Origin: Tubulanus polymorphus
Taxonomy: Eukaryota; Animalia; Nemertea
Assembly (NCBI RefSeq): GCF_964204645.1
Contig: NC_134035.1
Location: 6,076,001-6,140,000 of the forward strand
Direction of reading: 5' to 3'
Length of the DNA: 64,000 nucleotides
Under the pieces are notes generated by a model. It had not been told where the DNA came from and did no database searches. It saw only the letters and a list, made by a program, of their open reading frames with translations. Numbering within the stretch: position 1 is the stretch's first letter; every line of letters begins with the position of its first letter. This document shows, in pieces, positions 39,601 to 53,335 of the stretch. A program made the translations under genes and the position numbers.

Positions 39601-41154
39601 CCTATCAAAAGGACGCCTTAATTATTCGTTCTTAGGCAGATTGATTTCTGGTTAATTTTTGTGTGGAGGAAAAAGAATTAGAATTTATTGAACATATTGC
39701 TAATTGCTACGTAATCATATAAAACATATGAAAAATATTCTCAAAATTCTCAAAATTTCCAGTCAGAAATCCTATAGTCCACTGGCTAATTAAATCTAGT
39801 CAGGGATCATAGTCCTCCGTACAAGTGAGGTGCTTTGATCAATACCAATGCATTCACAATCGGTACGGCCCCATTTCATTAAAAAAACAAACCATAGCCC
39901 GCAACAACTGCACGCACCTGGATTACCAGAGCACACTCAATCGACAGTAAAAGGCAGATGAAATAATGACAGTAAGCTCTGGTAGCTGCGTCAAATATTA
40001 CGTATAGCAGTTTGACTTACTCATAATAGATGAATATTAGGATAAAGTCGAATAAGTGAAATAAACCCAATAAGGAAACCTTTTCGTATACTCGTTTTTC
40101 TGTTTGTATCGTGGGATTTTACCGTAGAAACAATAGTTCTTCATATTATTATAACTGGGAATTTTTTTTTCATAAATTCAGGTAATTGATTCTGTGCGTC
40201 GAGTTAGGATGTAGGATAACGGATATTAATGATCATTTGCTTTAGTAATTAAGATTAGGAGAGAGAGCTTGGATGTGAACCTAAAAAGAAATGAGGGATT
40301 TCGAAACCTCTATTAAACATAATTTAACCGAATAAATCCTATGACTATAAATACAATTCTGAAAATCCTTTTAGAATCAATGTATTGAGAAAAACAAAAG
40401 CAATATCTAGAAGTCAGCTGAGTGGTTTTACTCACCTTGCGACAAAAACGTCTTCACCTCTAAGCAGTCATCGGGTCGCCTAAAATAGTGTCCACTCGCT
40501 TCAGATCTCAGGAGCGAAAAAAATCAAACCGTCTTACGACAACCCTGCAATAGACGTCACGGGTAATAATAATTACGTCGTATCACAATAGTGATCAGGG
40601 GATGATTGTGAGTAATACATCCAAAGTACATTCGGTACTCGTCCTAACTCGTGGCAGTCAGTCAGTCAGTTATCTCTCTCTTTCTCATAGTAAAATTCTA
40701 TGAAATTCCAGGTCACGATTTTATTTCGTGTCAAACACATGAGTGACTACACCAACATATCGCAGCTTTATATTCAAAATAATATATATCTTTTTGCGAT
40801 CAAATTCTAGCAGAGATGCAAAAAAGAACATTTTGATTTCGAACGTTTTTTTTGTGAATATTTTCTCGTGAATCGATCGCACGAAAATATGATCTGTTGA
40901 TAAGAATTTTTTTCGACTTCAGGGAGTGCAGCGTCTGAATTCAATAGGAATTCTGTGATGCCGATAGGAGCTGCGTGTTACCTGCGTTATATTGACAAAC
41001 GCTAGCGTATTTATACCGTTAAATACAGGCTGCATCTTCCAAGCCTCTTGTTTGGACCATGGACGTGTAAACTACGTCTTGTCATGAACTCAGACTAACA
41101 AATGTAGTCTCTAAAATGTTCGCACCAGCCGAGAAACCGAGATCTACTGATATA

Positions 41155-41612
41155 TTTCCATTTCAAAATTTACACCCCCCCCCCCCCAAAAAAAAAGAAA
41201 ATACAAATAAACTTTGAATGATTTAATGATAACAATGATGAAAAATAATAATTTAATCATTCGTTAAATTCGTTAGTTTAAGGATGGAGTTGACATGGAC
41301 CCAGTTTCACAAAAGTGTTTCCTAAATCGATTTATAGACCTAAACTGAATTGATGAAGAAATGATATCTATTTAAGAGTTTAAGTGAATCTGAACCCAGC
41401 TTTTCCATTTCAAAATTTACTCCTCAAAGAAAAAGATTTTGAATAATTTAATGATAATGATAGAAGAATAATGTAATCATTCGAAGTTTAAGGATGGAGT
41501 TTACCTGGAGCCAGTTTCACAAAAGTGTTTAATAACTCCTAAATTTATAGATTCAAACTGAATTGATGAAGAAATGAAATCTATTTAAGAGTTTAGTGAA
41601 TCTGAACCCAGC
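41155..41612. repeat. Local tandem duplication (41155-41400 and 41401-41612)
   Basis: Both copies begin TTTCCATTTCAAAATTTAC and end GTGAATCTGAACCCAGC, sharing AGTTTAAGGATGGAGTT and CCAGTTTCACAAAAGTGTTT. Confidence 0.85.
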
Positions 41613-44600
41613 AGTATTAGCCGAGTACTGAATCTATGATCAGGGACAGTAGAGGTGATTCACGGGAATCTATCCTGAAACTGTTGAGTACTTGCCACGT
41701 GTTATTTGGACGGATGACAATTTTTTAATGTTTATTCATGCTGCTGCTGTTTGAAATAAAGTAATTTCATTTCATTGAGTCAGTAACCAGATATAGGCCT
41801 AACACCCACCTGACACCATCAACTCATAGGTGATCACCGGCACTGAACGAGAGGGAGTGAGGAAGAGATAGAGAGTGGGCCGGATCGGACTATTCCCCCT
41901 CCCCCGGCGTTGTATTCATATATTCATAATAAGTTATACTTTGAAATAATTTTTTCTTCATTGAGTCATTCATACAATGCAAGATAGTTATAGTTTGTTT
42001 ATCGGTAGCAAAGATTAATTATTGATGATATATAAAAAAGCGTACACGGCGAAAACAACCAGATAAACAACAAGCTTGACACCCACCAGGCCTACACCGA
42101 GCTAATTTGTTTTTGCGCATGGAACAAGAATTATTTATGAGTTGACCAAAAAGATACCTCGCAAGCTCTTCGGTTTATATACAAAATGCCCCCAATCTAC
42201 TGATAAACCATTATTCGTCAGTTCAAGTAGATAGTCACACGAAGATTATAAAGTCATCTTCGGTCTTTATCTAAGTATATCACCAATTTTAAAACGTTCG
42301 TTATCTGTTTTCAAAAATATGATTTTCAATATTCGGTTTTTGAATCTGTAACAACGTGATGTAAACAAAGTGTTCTACTTTCTACTCGCCGTTCGTAGTC
42401 TTCGTCCCTGGGACCTGCATTTCATTCATTCACTGATGATTCTTTTTGATGATGTTGACTTTTTATGTGTTTCTAAGAAACACGCAATAAAGATGTGGAT
42501 ATTCAGCTATGAATTTGATATTGAGACGATTGTTCTACATGCGATTCACGGCGGTCTGTTGAATATAGTCTTTGTGGTGACGAAAAACGACGAAACTCTA
42601 ACGGATTAGTAACATTCACATCGGATTCCGGACGTATAGGAAGTACTGTATGTATGCATAATGCCAAATTCGTCAGATTTACATTCACGGTCATATCACC
42701 GGTGATCACAGGTAATCCAAGCCTGCTTTATGGTTTGGAGTTGTTTGGAGTCCAGTGCTATCTTCGTTTTGTATCTCAGCCTGCTGCCAATTGGGCTGTG
42801 GTCTAAGTTCAAGTTTATTTCACTAAACTTTTCCTGTCAAGCTCCTTATTACGTTCACCACGCATTGACAGTTAAACGAGTGTCGAAGTGCCTTTTGGGG
42901 GCACCATCAAAGACACACCCGTTGGTATACACATTTCCTTTTTTTTCTGAATTCCTGATAGAACACCGATCCCTGTTTCACAGATGACTTCATTTCCAAT
43001 GAGTCAAATTTCAACTGTTTAATCTCGTTGAACCCAACAGACGAACCGAATCCGTTACAGAGATTAAGCAAGACATTATTTGAAACAAAGTTTGCGGGCG
43101 ATAATTTAGCTGCTGGAGTGTGGCATCTTTAACATCGGCTAACCTCGACCACTGGTATTGGCTGATTAATTAAACATTACCATGAGAGATTGGCCTAATC
43201 ACTGTAACATGGTCATGGTCGATTCTGTAAATAGATCGATGGAGTCCGTGTCAACAGGCCTCTTCAAGTCACAAGCTTTCCTGTCGATTACCTTGTCCAA
43301 CTTTGTTGATGCAATCGTTTTTATTCTGATAATCTAAACCAAATCGAAGAAACTTATTTCCGAACGGATGGATCAACAGCGCTATGACACAAAGCAATAG
43401 CAGTATCTGTATAAATATAAGTTTATTGTAATGAAACTAAGGACCATGAGGGTCTATTTCAATAAACTTAAACTTTGAAAAAAGTAATATCGAAATAGGC
43501 TCTACATTCCAGGGACCTGCTTCACGAAGGTTTAATCCTTGAATCGATGTAATATCTTCACTGATTCTGAGTCTCAGTCGAACCATCGACTCTAAAACGC
43601 TTAAGACTCCGTGATCGAACCCAGCGGCGGTGTTTTTAGTTGACGGGGATACACCGCATCTTCAACAAGAGATAATCTGTTGATCTGGGTCCCGAATTCT
43701 ACTCTGAATCTGTTTGCATTCTATGTTTTTTTTTATCGGATTCGAAGTACAGATATAGTTGTGTGATCGGCGATCGAGTTTACAGAAGTTTTTTAAATCG
43801 AAGTACATAATTGGGAAATCTGGTTCCGGTTCATCCAAACAATCTTCCAACCGGTCTGAACCGGCAAGCGACTGATTGGGGTTGATTTATTAGACTGTAA
43901 GTTTAGTACATCGAGATTTTTCATAATCATATTATTACAAGGTTGAAGATCATTTTTTCAATTTTTACATTTTTTGGTCGTTTACCACGCGTAAATAGTC
44001 CGGCAATTGATTGTAGATTTTTATGTTGTTTTGATCTTAAAATAGGGATTGTCCCCATTATTTATTTATTTGGCTGGTAAATTTTGTTTGATTTTTCGAT
44101 TGAGTGATTTTTATGTTGTTAGCGGAAGTACCACGGCACAATTTGTGTTAATAAGTCGGCATTGAGGACCAGGCTGACCCAGGTTTGATATCTATTTATC
44201 AAATTTCCTACGGATCCTTTTCCCTTGGAACGGGTTGGTCACATAAACAACTAGAAGGTCAATATCTTTAGGTAGAAAATGTCAACCCTACAGGGGTCTG
44301 TCTGAGCAACCCACCGATCCGAATGCGATCAAAAATCTACGGAGTACTTGATCATAAAATGTAAAATCCATATTTAGAAATTAACTGCAACTACCTCCGC
44401 GAATAGGGAACACTTTTAGTATTTATCAGGCTAAAATTGCCAAAGAATCCTTTGATGGACACGTTCATATTGCCAAAAATCCTTTTTCATGATGCCAAAA
44501 ATTCGGAAAAGGCATACATACTTCAAAAGCATTTGTATTAACATTCTCAAATTCGTGTAAAATTCAGCCTTCCAAAAAAGTTCTGTATATAATATTTATC

Positions 44601-46000
44601 TTTAGTTACATTTATTTCTGCGTGTATTTTACCCTCTCATGCATCCGATTCTACATAGCAGGGTTATGTAATATTCTTTTCAGACATCTTCAGAGAGTCA
44701 AAAAATCGCATCTCAACGGGGAAAAAATGGAGAGCAGAAGCCATGATTACATTTTCACAACCATGGCTAAGAAAAGGAAAAAATACACAAACAATGGCAA
44801 ATGACTACCGTCTATTTTGTTTAAGAATTATACCCTTGATGCTGTGAAAATGATCATTTTTTTCAACTTTTCTCGGGGAGGACCCCAGGACGCCTAGCCC
44901 GCCGCCTAATCTAGATTCTTCGCCTCGTTTACAATACATCGTGCCCCTTTTAAGAAGTGCTACCCCCTATATTTGGGTCAGGATCCGCCCCTGTAAATGT
45001 AGAAAAACCAATGCACCGTATATAAAAACCCACCAATCAGCTTAGACGATACGACAGACACAAACGTGGCGTCAACTGACAATTCAAATATGGCGGACTG
45101 ATTTTTTCATAGGCAATTCATCCATTCCGTTGTAAACAATAGTTTGAGATTCCATGACATACAGACATGGAAATAATTGCCCAGTTGTGATAGTAGTGAC
45201 CTAGTAAATAATATTAGTTTTATCGGGATATTCTAAGACGCTCATTAATAGAATTGAGATCTCGGCGTAGATTTCTAATCCCTTTTTTTCACAGTCTTGG
45301 AGAGAGTCTTTTGGGCTTTCAACACTGAATTCGTGGAACCCATCTATGTCCTACACAATAGAGAAGTGTCATTAGAGTCAAGATGGGTTCATTCAATCAT
45401 AATGAAGAAGGGGTATGGGGTTCTAACTCATATAGAAGAAGTAAACCATTAACATTCATTAATCACGATGCTCTATGATGTATATATTTCTGAAAAACAA
45501 TACGGTGTAGCATATAAATATTTGCTGATATAAACTTTCATATTTTGGGTTAGAATAAGGGTATTGTCTCCGCAAAGAAGCGGTGAAGCGGTAAAAATAC
45601 TTAAGAAAGATTTACATCAGTAATCAGTATAATTCCCGACATTGTCACCATTTCTGATCTTTTTTCGCTGCTAATAAAAGGTCATTTATTGTAAAAGTGG
45701 TTTCTGTGTGTCTTTTTCCCGAGAAATACTTCATTTGATAGGTTTCCTAAAGATTTCCTGTAGGCTAAAATAAGTATTTGCTACTCTTAACAGAAATATC
45801 GACCGTCAGCTTCTCAGTTATGCTTTGATATTGATAGGATCTCATTCGGTATGCGGGATTTGACAACAATGATGAAGGATACAACTTTGGACATAAAAGG
45901 GTTATCCCGCCCAACTTTGATACTCCGTAATTGAATCTGAAATTCGGAATGAATTTAAATAAGAATTTGAGATGTTGCCACATGGTTTTTGTCTACACCA

Positions 46001-46140
46001 GGGCCCAGTTGCACAGTCGTGACTTAAGTCCAAAAGTGGTCTCAAATCTTAAGACTGGTCTTAAGTTGTTAGATTGGCTATAGAACCAAGTTGGTCTTAG
46101 ACTGGTCTTGAGACGAAGCCGCGACTATGCAACTGGCCCC
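46001..46140. mobile_element. Palindromic MITE, family A
   Basis: GGGCCCAGTTGCACAGTCGTGACTT ... GCGACTATGCAACTGGCCCC; closely similar (reverse orientation) to 22799-22966. Confidence 0.8.
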
Positions 46141-49100
46141 AGAACACACTCTCAGCCGGGCCGCTCCAATCATTACCCCTCGTTTCACTGCAAATATCGG
46201 CCGGTCTACTCTCTCTCTCAGGAGTATCAGAAGGCTTGCTACTGTTAAATATTCAATAGACAACATAATAATGATCCACATCGATACATGAAAGAGGACA
46301 CTTGATGTTTCTCAGATTCACAGACCTGAATCAAAACTAATGAGGACTCTGTGAGAGACACCTTCAGCGAACATTTCTCAAATCATTAAGTGAGTTGAGG
46401 TTTTCCAGACAATGGGGGGGGGGGAGGGGGAGGGGTAGGTAGGTTATAATGTACGCAATTTGAAGACCCCGTGAAACATCCAGTTATGGGGCCTCCTCCA
46501 TATTGATGAGTCGAGAAGATACCCAATATTCGTGCAAGATGAATATGCGAGAGAAATCCAACAATAATTCAGCCAAAGAAGTTGCTAAACGTTACTCGAA
46601 ATATTTATCATATTTGGCTGAATTAACTGTGGGATTTCTCACGTATATCCGGATTGATATATGATGTTTATTCACCGAATATCATTGGAGAATATTTTCT
46701 ACGTGGTTTTACAAATATTCGGTACCAGACACCTTTAAGCGATTGTAAAAGCGATTGTAAAAATCGGGGGCCATCAGCACTATTATTTCTAATCTTATTT
46801 AGCGGAATCTCTCGGAATTTAGAGAGTATGGGAGATGTAGTCATTGTTGTAGTGATTGTCACGGTAACACCGCGTGCAATTTGCGTGATATTCAGAGATT
46901 TATAAAAACATTTCAAAATCGATAAATCCATTTATAATTAGAGTATTCTAATCCCGTCATGTGTTGTCGGGATTCGATGCGAAATCTAGATTCTGTTTCC
47001 ATAAATATCACTATTAAGAATCATCGTGAATTCACCAATATCTAAAAACATATAACAATAGCTGATGTTCTATGTCGGGGTCTGGCACGACCCCCAGACC
47101 CCTGCCCTCTCATAGGCTGTTGCTCTTTCGATTTCTATTTGAGATTATTTCGAATGGTTTTCGAGCCATTTTCAAAATAATTACACATTTTCAGCGCCTG
47201 GCTTAATTTATAATGAAGCTCATAAAAAAAACGCTTCAGTCAGGATCAGTCATGATCATTTTGTTTGGTGTTAGATCTTTTGGACCCCGACCTTGTCTAT
47301 TCTTCATTTGGGCCCCGTAAGGACCTTACTCTTGTATATACTGAAGTTAACTATCAGAATCAGTAAATTCTTACTTATCCATGAAATGAATTGTAATCTT
47401 ACCTTAAATAATGACCTTCATTTAGACGAGTGGGAGAGGAGTCTTTGGTTTTCTAAAAAGAAAATCAAATACATATTGATAAACTATTTTGACTATTATA
47501 GATGCGCAATACATTCAATCGCTATGACGCTAGTGGTTCCGTCAGAAAATGGAGACCGAACCGGCGATGACCTTGCTCTACATCTTCAAACGAACTGAAA
47601 CCGATCAAACTGTCAGCGCCTAATGCTGCTAACCTAAACACGCCGTCAAATCGATGACGACACTATTTATTTCAAAACCTTACCAACAAACATCACGATT
47701 CAGTGACGTAGCATGTAGAACAGTCGCCGACCGACTGACTGCAGGTTATCATCGTCCGTCCGTCCATCCGTCGGTGAGGCAGTAGGTCTGTCTTATTCCT
47801 GTCACCAGTACGTATAATGTATATATATTTAGAGAGAGGGATAAACCCACTATTTTCATCATCTCAATTCAGCCAGTACCGACTCTTATGTTAATGATAA
47901 AGCTTCCTCGATCAACCAACCTATAACGTATATTTCCTTCATTTGCATAGTCGGCAAATACCCCGCTGTCAATGGACCAATCCCAAAAACATCGACCAAT
48001 AGAAAACATTTAATCATTTTCGATATAGTAAATATTGAATCACCGATTTTATCATTGAAATGATTATTGTGTAAATTTTAATATTCGAGGTAGGAAAGAG
48101 AAGGGTGCTCTTTCAGATTCTTGAAATACGGATGATCTTTAAATTGAATTCACAACCGAGACAAACATCATAGATTTTGTTAGAAAGGAGAGAGATATTC
48201 AGTGTCTATAACTAACTTATACATCAAATCAAAATCCGATAGGCCTTTAATTCTATCGATTGAATTTATTTTACATTTTCCCTTTTGGTTGTTTGTACGA
48301 AATGTGTTCGACTACATAGGAAAAATTAGCCTACCTTATTAGATATGTTTTGACGTAAGATAAAAGGGAAGCCCTACTCTGCACTCTGGCATAAAATTTT
48401 TACGTTTTGAGCATTTGGTTATATATGAAATGGAAGGACAAATTAAAGCCCTCTAAGAAGAGATACGCATCTCTCGTCCTCCCAGGAACCAGTGATACTG
48501 TCAAAATACACAAAACCGATATAATCCACTTCGATAAGTCCGGAATTATTCGAGTCATTCTCTGATAGCTGCGGAACTTTTAAGAATTTAAGTTGAAAGA
48601 TTGTAGTATACACAGTTAGAGTTTGGCAGAAATCTTTCAATAACATCACCCAACATCAGTCTCATTTCGTCTCCTTTTATTTGTCTCCATAGAATTCGGA
48701 ATTCTTTAAATGTTACAGATTTTGCTGAAAGAACAATCGATATTCTGAAATATTCTGTAGCTGGGACTGTTCAATAACGGTCCAAAGTTTCTAGTGCTCT
48801 TTATGCGTTAATCGTCAGACATGAATTAAAATCGTTTTTAGTTGTTAGAAGAACCAATTAGAATCTAAGAAACGCTCTCACAATACATTGAATCCAATCA
48901 ACATTCTTCACCTGGAAAATTCCAGTTTTTTTGGTTACGGTGCCGGACGGCTTTGGCGCTCGGTTGGTTCCCTGGCTTTTTTCTAAAGGGACCTATTTTT
49001 CATGTTTTTTTTTACGTGATCCCCATTATTTATGCCAATCGTTTTATGCCTTAGCTATTGAAGGAACATTTTCAGTTGTTACAAATTATTCTGTTTGAAC

Positions 49101-50412
49101 GAAGACCCGTCTTCAAGCCAATGATGATTTTACGAAATTCATTTAGGTTGATCTTACAAATTTTGCATAAATATTTTCAACTAATGTTTCTGAATGTTGA
49201 CAACCTGTTTAAAATAAGTTTCGGTTCAAATCTGACAAACTTTGTGTCATTTTACAGACTCATTGTTATTTGTTAATCCACCAAAGCCCGTGCCGCGTTT
49301 GAATTGCAGTTACACAGTTCGATATCATCTTTTAATGTAACACACAAACCAAATCTAACTGGTTATAACGGACGAACTCGGAATTCGATGGGTAGCAATA
49401 CAATTCACTAGTACGTTTTTTAGACTCTCTTAGGGTCTGATTTAGGGCGTGGTCTCGTGGTCCGGATCCCTGTCCGGTTCCCAATGAGGTTGCCTTTCTC
49501 AAGACAGAGATAGTTGAAAACTGCAAGTTTGACACTCATTCTCTCGGAATTTGCATCTTCTATGACATACATGTATATCTAAAACTGAGGGCGGACCCCA
49601 GTCCGGCCTTTGACTTGGCTGATATATCCGAGAAATGTCTTTTCTTTTCATCTGGACCCCGGCCTTTCAATTTTCCTAGATCTTCCCCTGCTCTTATATC
49701 AATTGATTGATTGTTTCTAATTATTCCTTTGGTCCTAGTTTCCGATTGGAGACGTTTTTTATGATAAACTGATCTTTGCAATCTGACGAGATTTCATGTT
49801 CAGTTATAATCGTCGAAATTTGCCCCTCTGCTAAATTTACCGATCTTTATGACTGATTCTTATCGAAGTTCAAAGATATCAAAACCAGTGAATCCAACAG
49901 ACAAAATGTACTCATATAAATATTGTCGTCATAAAACTTCAATCTTCAGAGACGCAAATATAAATCGAGTGCGTACATCGTGCTGCTGGGGAAACTTACA
50001 AGGTTTCATTTACGAATCGTTTTTTGGCAGCTTACAACTTGTTTTCTTGCTTGTGAATTCGAAGAAGCCAAAACAGAGATTTCTTTCAATCTAAGTCATT
50101 CACGCTCGTTTTGTTTCTTTCTTAGAAAATGCCTGGAAAATTTCCAGAGTTTCGAAGAAATTCGTTGTTAGTCATTTTGATGACGGACTTGGAATATCCA
50201 GGACCCGGATACGCGTCAAACTCGACTCAAATTTCTAATTTCTAACTGGCTCCAATAAATATTAAATTTGTTGGATATTCACTTTGAAAATCATAATTTT
50301 TGACAATTTCAATGATTTCGTCAGAATAATTATTCCATGTCAATTAACTTTTGTAAATTAGGTACTTTTATGCAGCATCGTCAATGCGTTATGCTTTATA
50401 ATCGTACCGCAG

Positions 50413-50579
50413 TTTGGTCAAGCGAAAGTTGCTTATTGTTGACAGAATGAAATCGAATTAGGCGAGATTCGATTCTATGACACGTAGCAAGACAACTTTT
50501 ACTTTGCTCATTGAAAATATTTGGGCCTAATTCGATTTTATTCTGTCAACAATTCTAAGCAAATTTCGCTCGACCAAAC
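50413..50579. mobile_element. Long inverted repeat / MITE
   Basis: TTTGGTCAAGCGAAAGTTGCTTATTGTTGACAGAATGAAATCGAATTAGGC pairs with GCCTAATTCGATTTTATTCTGTCAACAATTCTAAGCAAATTTCGCTCGACCAAA. Confidence 0.75.
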
Positions 50580-51127
50580 ATCATATACATGTACAGTATT
50601 CACGTTTTATCGCAAAGCTTTTTCTGGAAATCATACATGATATGACTTTTACCAAAAATTCATAAATTGAATTTTTGCTTTTACACAGGTGATAACCATT
50701 TCACGTAAGTCTCGTAAGAGATTGTCCGGTCCCAAGAGTGTTCACTGTAATCATTTAGTCTCCTGATGATACGAGCTTCACTGAAAGTTGCATTGTTCAA
50801 ACTGACTGGTTACTATCATTTGAACATAATTAGTTGAGGGGTTACCACCCTGGGGGAACCTGAGCCACATTCAGTTATTATATATTTTACATATTGGACA
50901 CCATATCGAAACAATGGTAAACCAGGAATTCAGTGACAACAAATTCGAGATTTTAGACGATCTTCCGACGGTAAAATTTGTGAGGTTTTGGTTAAAGCCC
51001 AACGGTTCCGTTAACCACTAAACCAACAACTGGTCCTTTATCCTAAATGTATTCAAATAATTAGCTCGGAAATTAGCACTTGAGAATGAGACCATCTAAT
51101 AACACTAAAAGTGTGATTCACTTGTAT

Positions 51128-51240
51128 TTCACCTGATGAGGTGGGAAATCACCTCACCTGATGAGGGGATATCACTTCACCTGATAAGATATCACCTCAC
51201 CTGATGAGGGAAGAGATCACCTATCCTGATGTGGGGATGT
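51128..51240. repeat. Short tandem repeat (TCACCTGATGAGG)
   Basis: About 5 degenerate copies. Confidence 0.7.
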
Positions 51241-53109
51241 CATCTAAAAAATCGTTAAGTGTCAATGGACTGGTTATACTCATTAGAAATCATATCTATA
51301 TTGGCATCTGCTGTTCTGGATTTTCAGTTACCTGAACTCTCTCAACTCTCAGTTTATCTTATGTGATACATTAAGCGAATATATTTCCAGACATCAATGT
51401 GTTGTGCATCCATAGATTATGTTTTTGACTTTTTTAAGTTTTAGGTTGGTTTTCATTTTTAAAGAATTGAAACGTTTTTGCGATGGGTTTTTTTCATTAA
51501 CGCAGTGGATACATGTGAACGATCTAAGCCATATCTAAATACTGAAATTAATGTTACCGATTATGGCATAGTTAGAAATTGGCAAACAGCTGGAATGACT
51601 CGATATTGATATGATTGATCATTCGTATAAACAAATGAAAAGAAAATTAAATGGTTTTTTCTGTTTTTTAATTTCAATGTAATTTTATGATTTCTATTCT
51701 ATTCTGCTTCTTTGTGATTGAACCACACGATGGGGGCTGTGTCATTTGAAAAGTCGTTTTGAATTGTGCGCTGTTCTGGTTAGAGAAAAGCAAGTGCTGC
51801 CATTGCCGTGACGTAACTGGTGCTGACATCTGTAAGCAGTTTTCCGCACCGATTTCAATGTTTCGGCGGCATTCGAAAAGATTTGCTATAAATTCAAACT
51901 TATTCAAATACAGTCCAAAACGAAGCCAACATTTGGACGATGAAAAACACATTGTTAGATTTTGTATTTTGGTGATTTATTATGTTAGGGCTTTGACGTA
52001 CTGGTATTTGTTTTTAAGAAAAATGATTGTCGTGTTCAAGGCCACATAAGCTGGCGTTGATGGCATTGAAATGGATATCATTTGACTGTAGTTGACAATT
52101 CTTTACTATAAACTTAGACAGCTTTCGTTTATTCTATTATTAAAAGTATATAAAGGTGGTTTTTCGAATGAGCTAAGAAATCTTCCCTGTTTATGGAGTC
52201 TGTTGGAAGTTTCCTCTAAAAAGTTCAATTTCTATCCACGTTCCAGGGTTATCTGAGTTGAACCTCGTTAATAAGATCCTGTTTAAGATGAAATTCGTTT
52301 ATTACGATGATTTCCAGCACGTCCCAGCTAAGATATTTATGTCAATCAAGATTTGGATAATTCGAAACCCTCGTTTAATACGACAATTTCACTTTAGCCC
52401 ACAAGATTCGTATTAATGAGTTCCCACTGTATTGATTCTACCATTCACTAAATTCCTTTTCAATTGTTTCATGTCGCGCCATTCTTTCCCGGTGTCTCGT
52501 ACAGTATATTCATATTTCATATCTCTACTGTCATTGATAAATTCTTCTATATCGATGATCAGTGCGCGAATGTTGCGCGCCCACGCAGTTTATCGAAGAT
52601 CGTTTTAATTCATTCATTCACCACCAACAGTAGCAGCACTTTCACTACTGGTGCTAATGTAATAAACCACTTTTAACCGATTTCATACCCAGCGGTTACC
52701 CGCCGTGTGTTCTATCGCATTTTGCTGCCGCGGCATCGAATATTCGATCGATCACACGTGATACAAAATGTGCGTGAATACAAATTAATTCATCGGATCA
52801 GATTTGAGTTAAAGGTTGTAGTTCAATAATCATATACCACCCACGTAAACGGTTCCGGCCTTGAACTGGAACAATGATCAGATATTCTGGATCAGGCCAT
52901 CAATCGCTGGCCAGATGGACGGACTCTTCCGGATAGTACTGGTCATTGGTATGTTGCTGTTACCGCATGGTTTCAGCCCATCGATAATATTGATTGATTC
53001 CGTCCAGCAGACAGTCACAGCAGTCACACTGTCTGGAAGCACAGACAGAGATGCAGTAATACCATTCATCTACTGACATCATTCAAACTCTGACTTGGTA
53101 GCTTTTATC

Positions 53110-53335
53110 AGTGAGGATAAGTTGCCGAGGCTATACTTGGCTATTTGAATTTGAGGATAACCCTTGAATAATGATAAGTGGTCGTCGCAGTAAGCTTGTA
53201 CAATCCAGACCCAGGTCCAGAAGCGATGGACGATGAAATGGCTGCCCTCAATAAAGAATCCCTGTATTACATCAACCAGGAGGAATACCGGAAAAAGACT
53301 TGCCTCATTCAGGGAGGTGATCTAAATGGTAGAAA
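53110..53335 (+). pseudogene. Decayed non-LTR retrotransposon APE-endonuclease fragment (RTE-like)
   Basis: Translates across stops and a frameshift as SEDKLPRLYLAI*I*G*PLNND / VVAVSLYNP...TCLIQGGDLNGR, resembling the LINE endonuclease pattern DRI.SIRL.G.P.N.T.I.VYAP...I..GD[FL]N. Confidence 0.5.

Larger units (their letters stand above)
33230..40745 (-). ncRNA. Putative spliced mir-210 host lncRNA (MIR210HG-like); ends uncertain
   Basis: A chain of minus-strand splice signals with no long ORF: donor AAG|GTGAGT (exon ends 40436); exon 35422-35217 (tttcag / GTG|GTAAGT); micro-exon 35084-35062 (cctgcag / CAG|GTATTG); intron containing mir-210; exon 34114-34036 (ttatcag / GTAAGT); terminal exon from 33726 (tttattttatag) with AATAAA at 33257-33252. 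Possible TATAAA at 40772-40767. Inferred from signals only. Confidence 0.45.

Noticed and set aside
43662-43850. 62-aa minus-strand ORF
   Set aside because: TTG start, no homology recognised, stops immediately upstream in frame.
48443-48649. 68-aa minus-strand ORF as a possible exon
   Set aside because: No recognisable family and no convincing donor or partner exons.
52916-53008. TGGACGGA (miR-184 seed-like) with downstream complement TCCGTCCA
   Set aside because: Only the seed matches, and the arms are too short and too far apart for a pre-miRNA.
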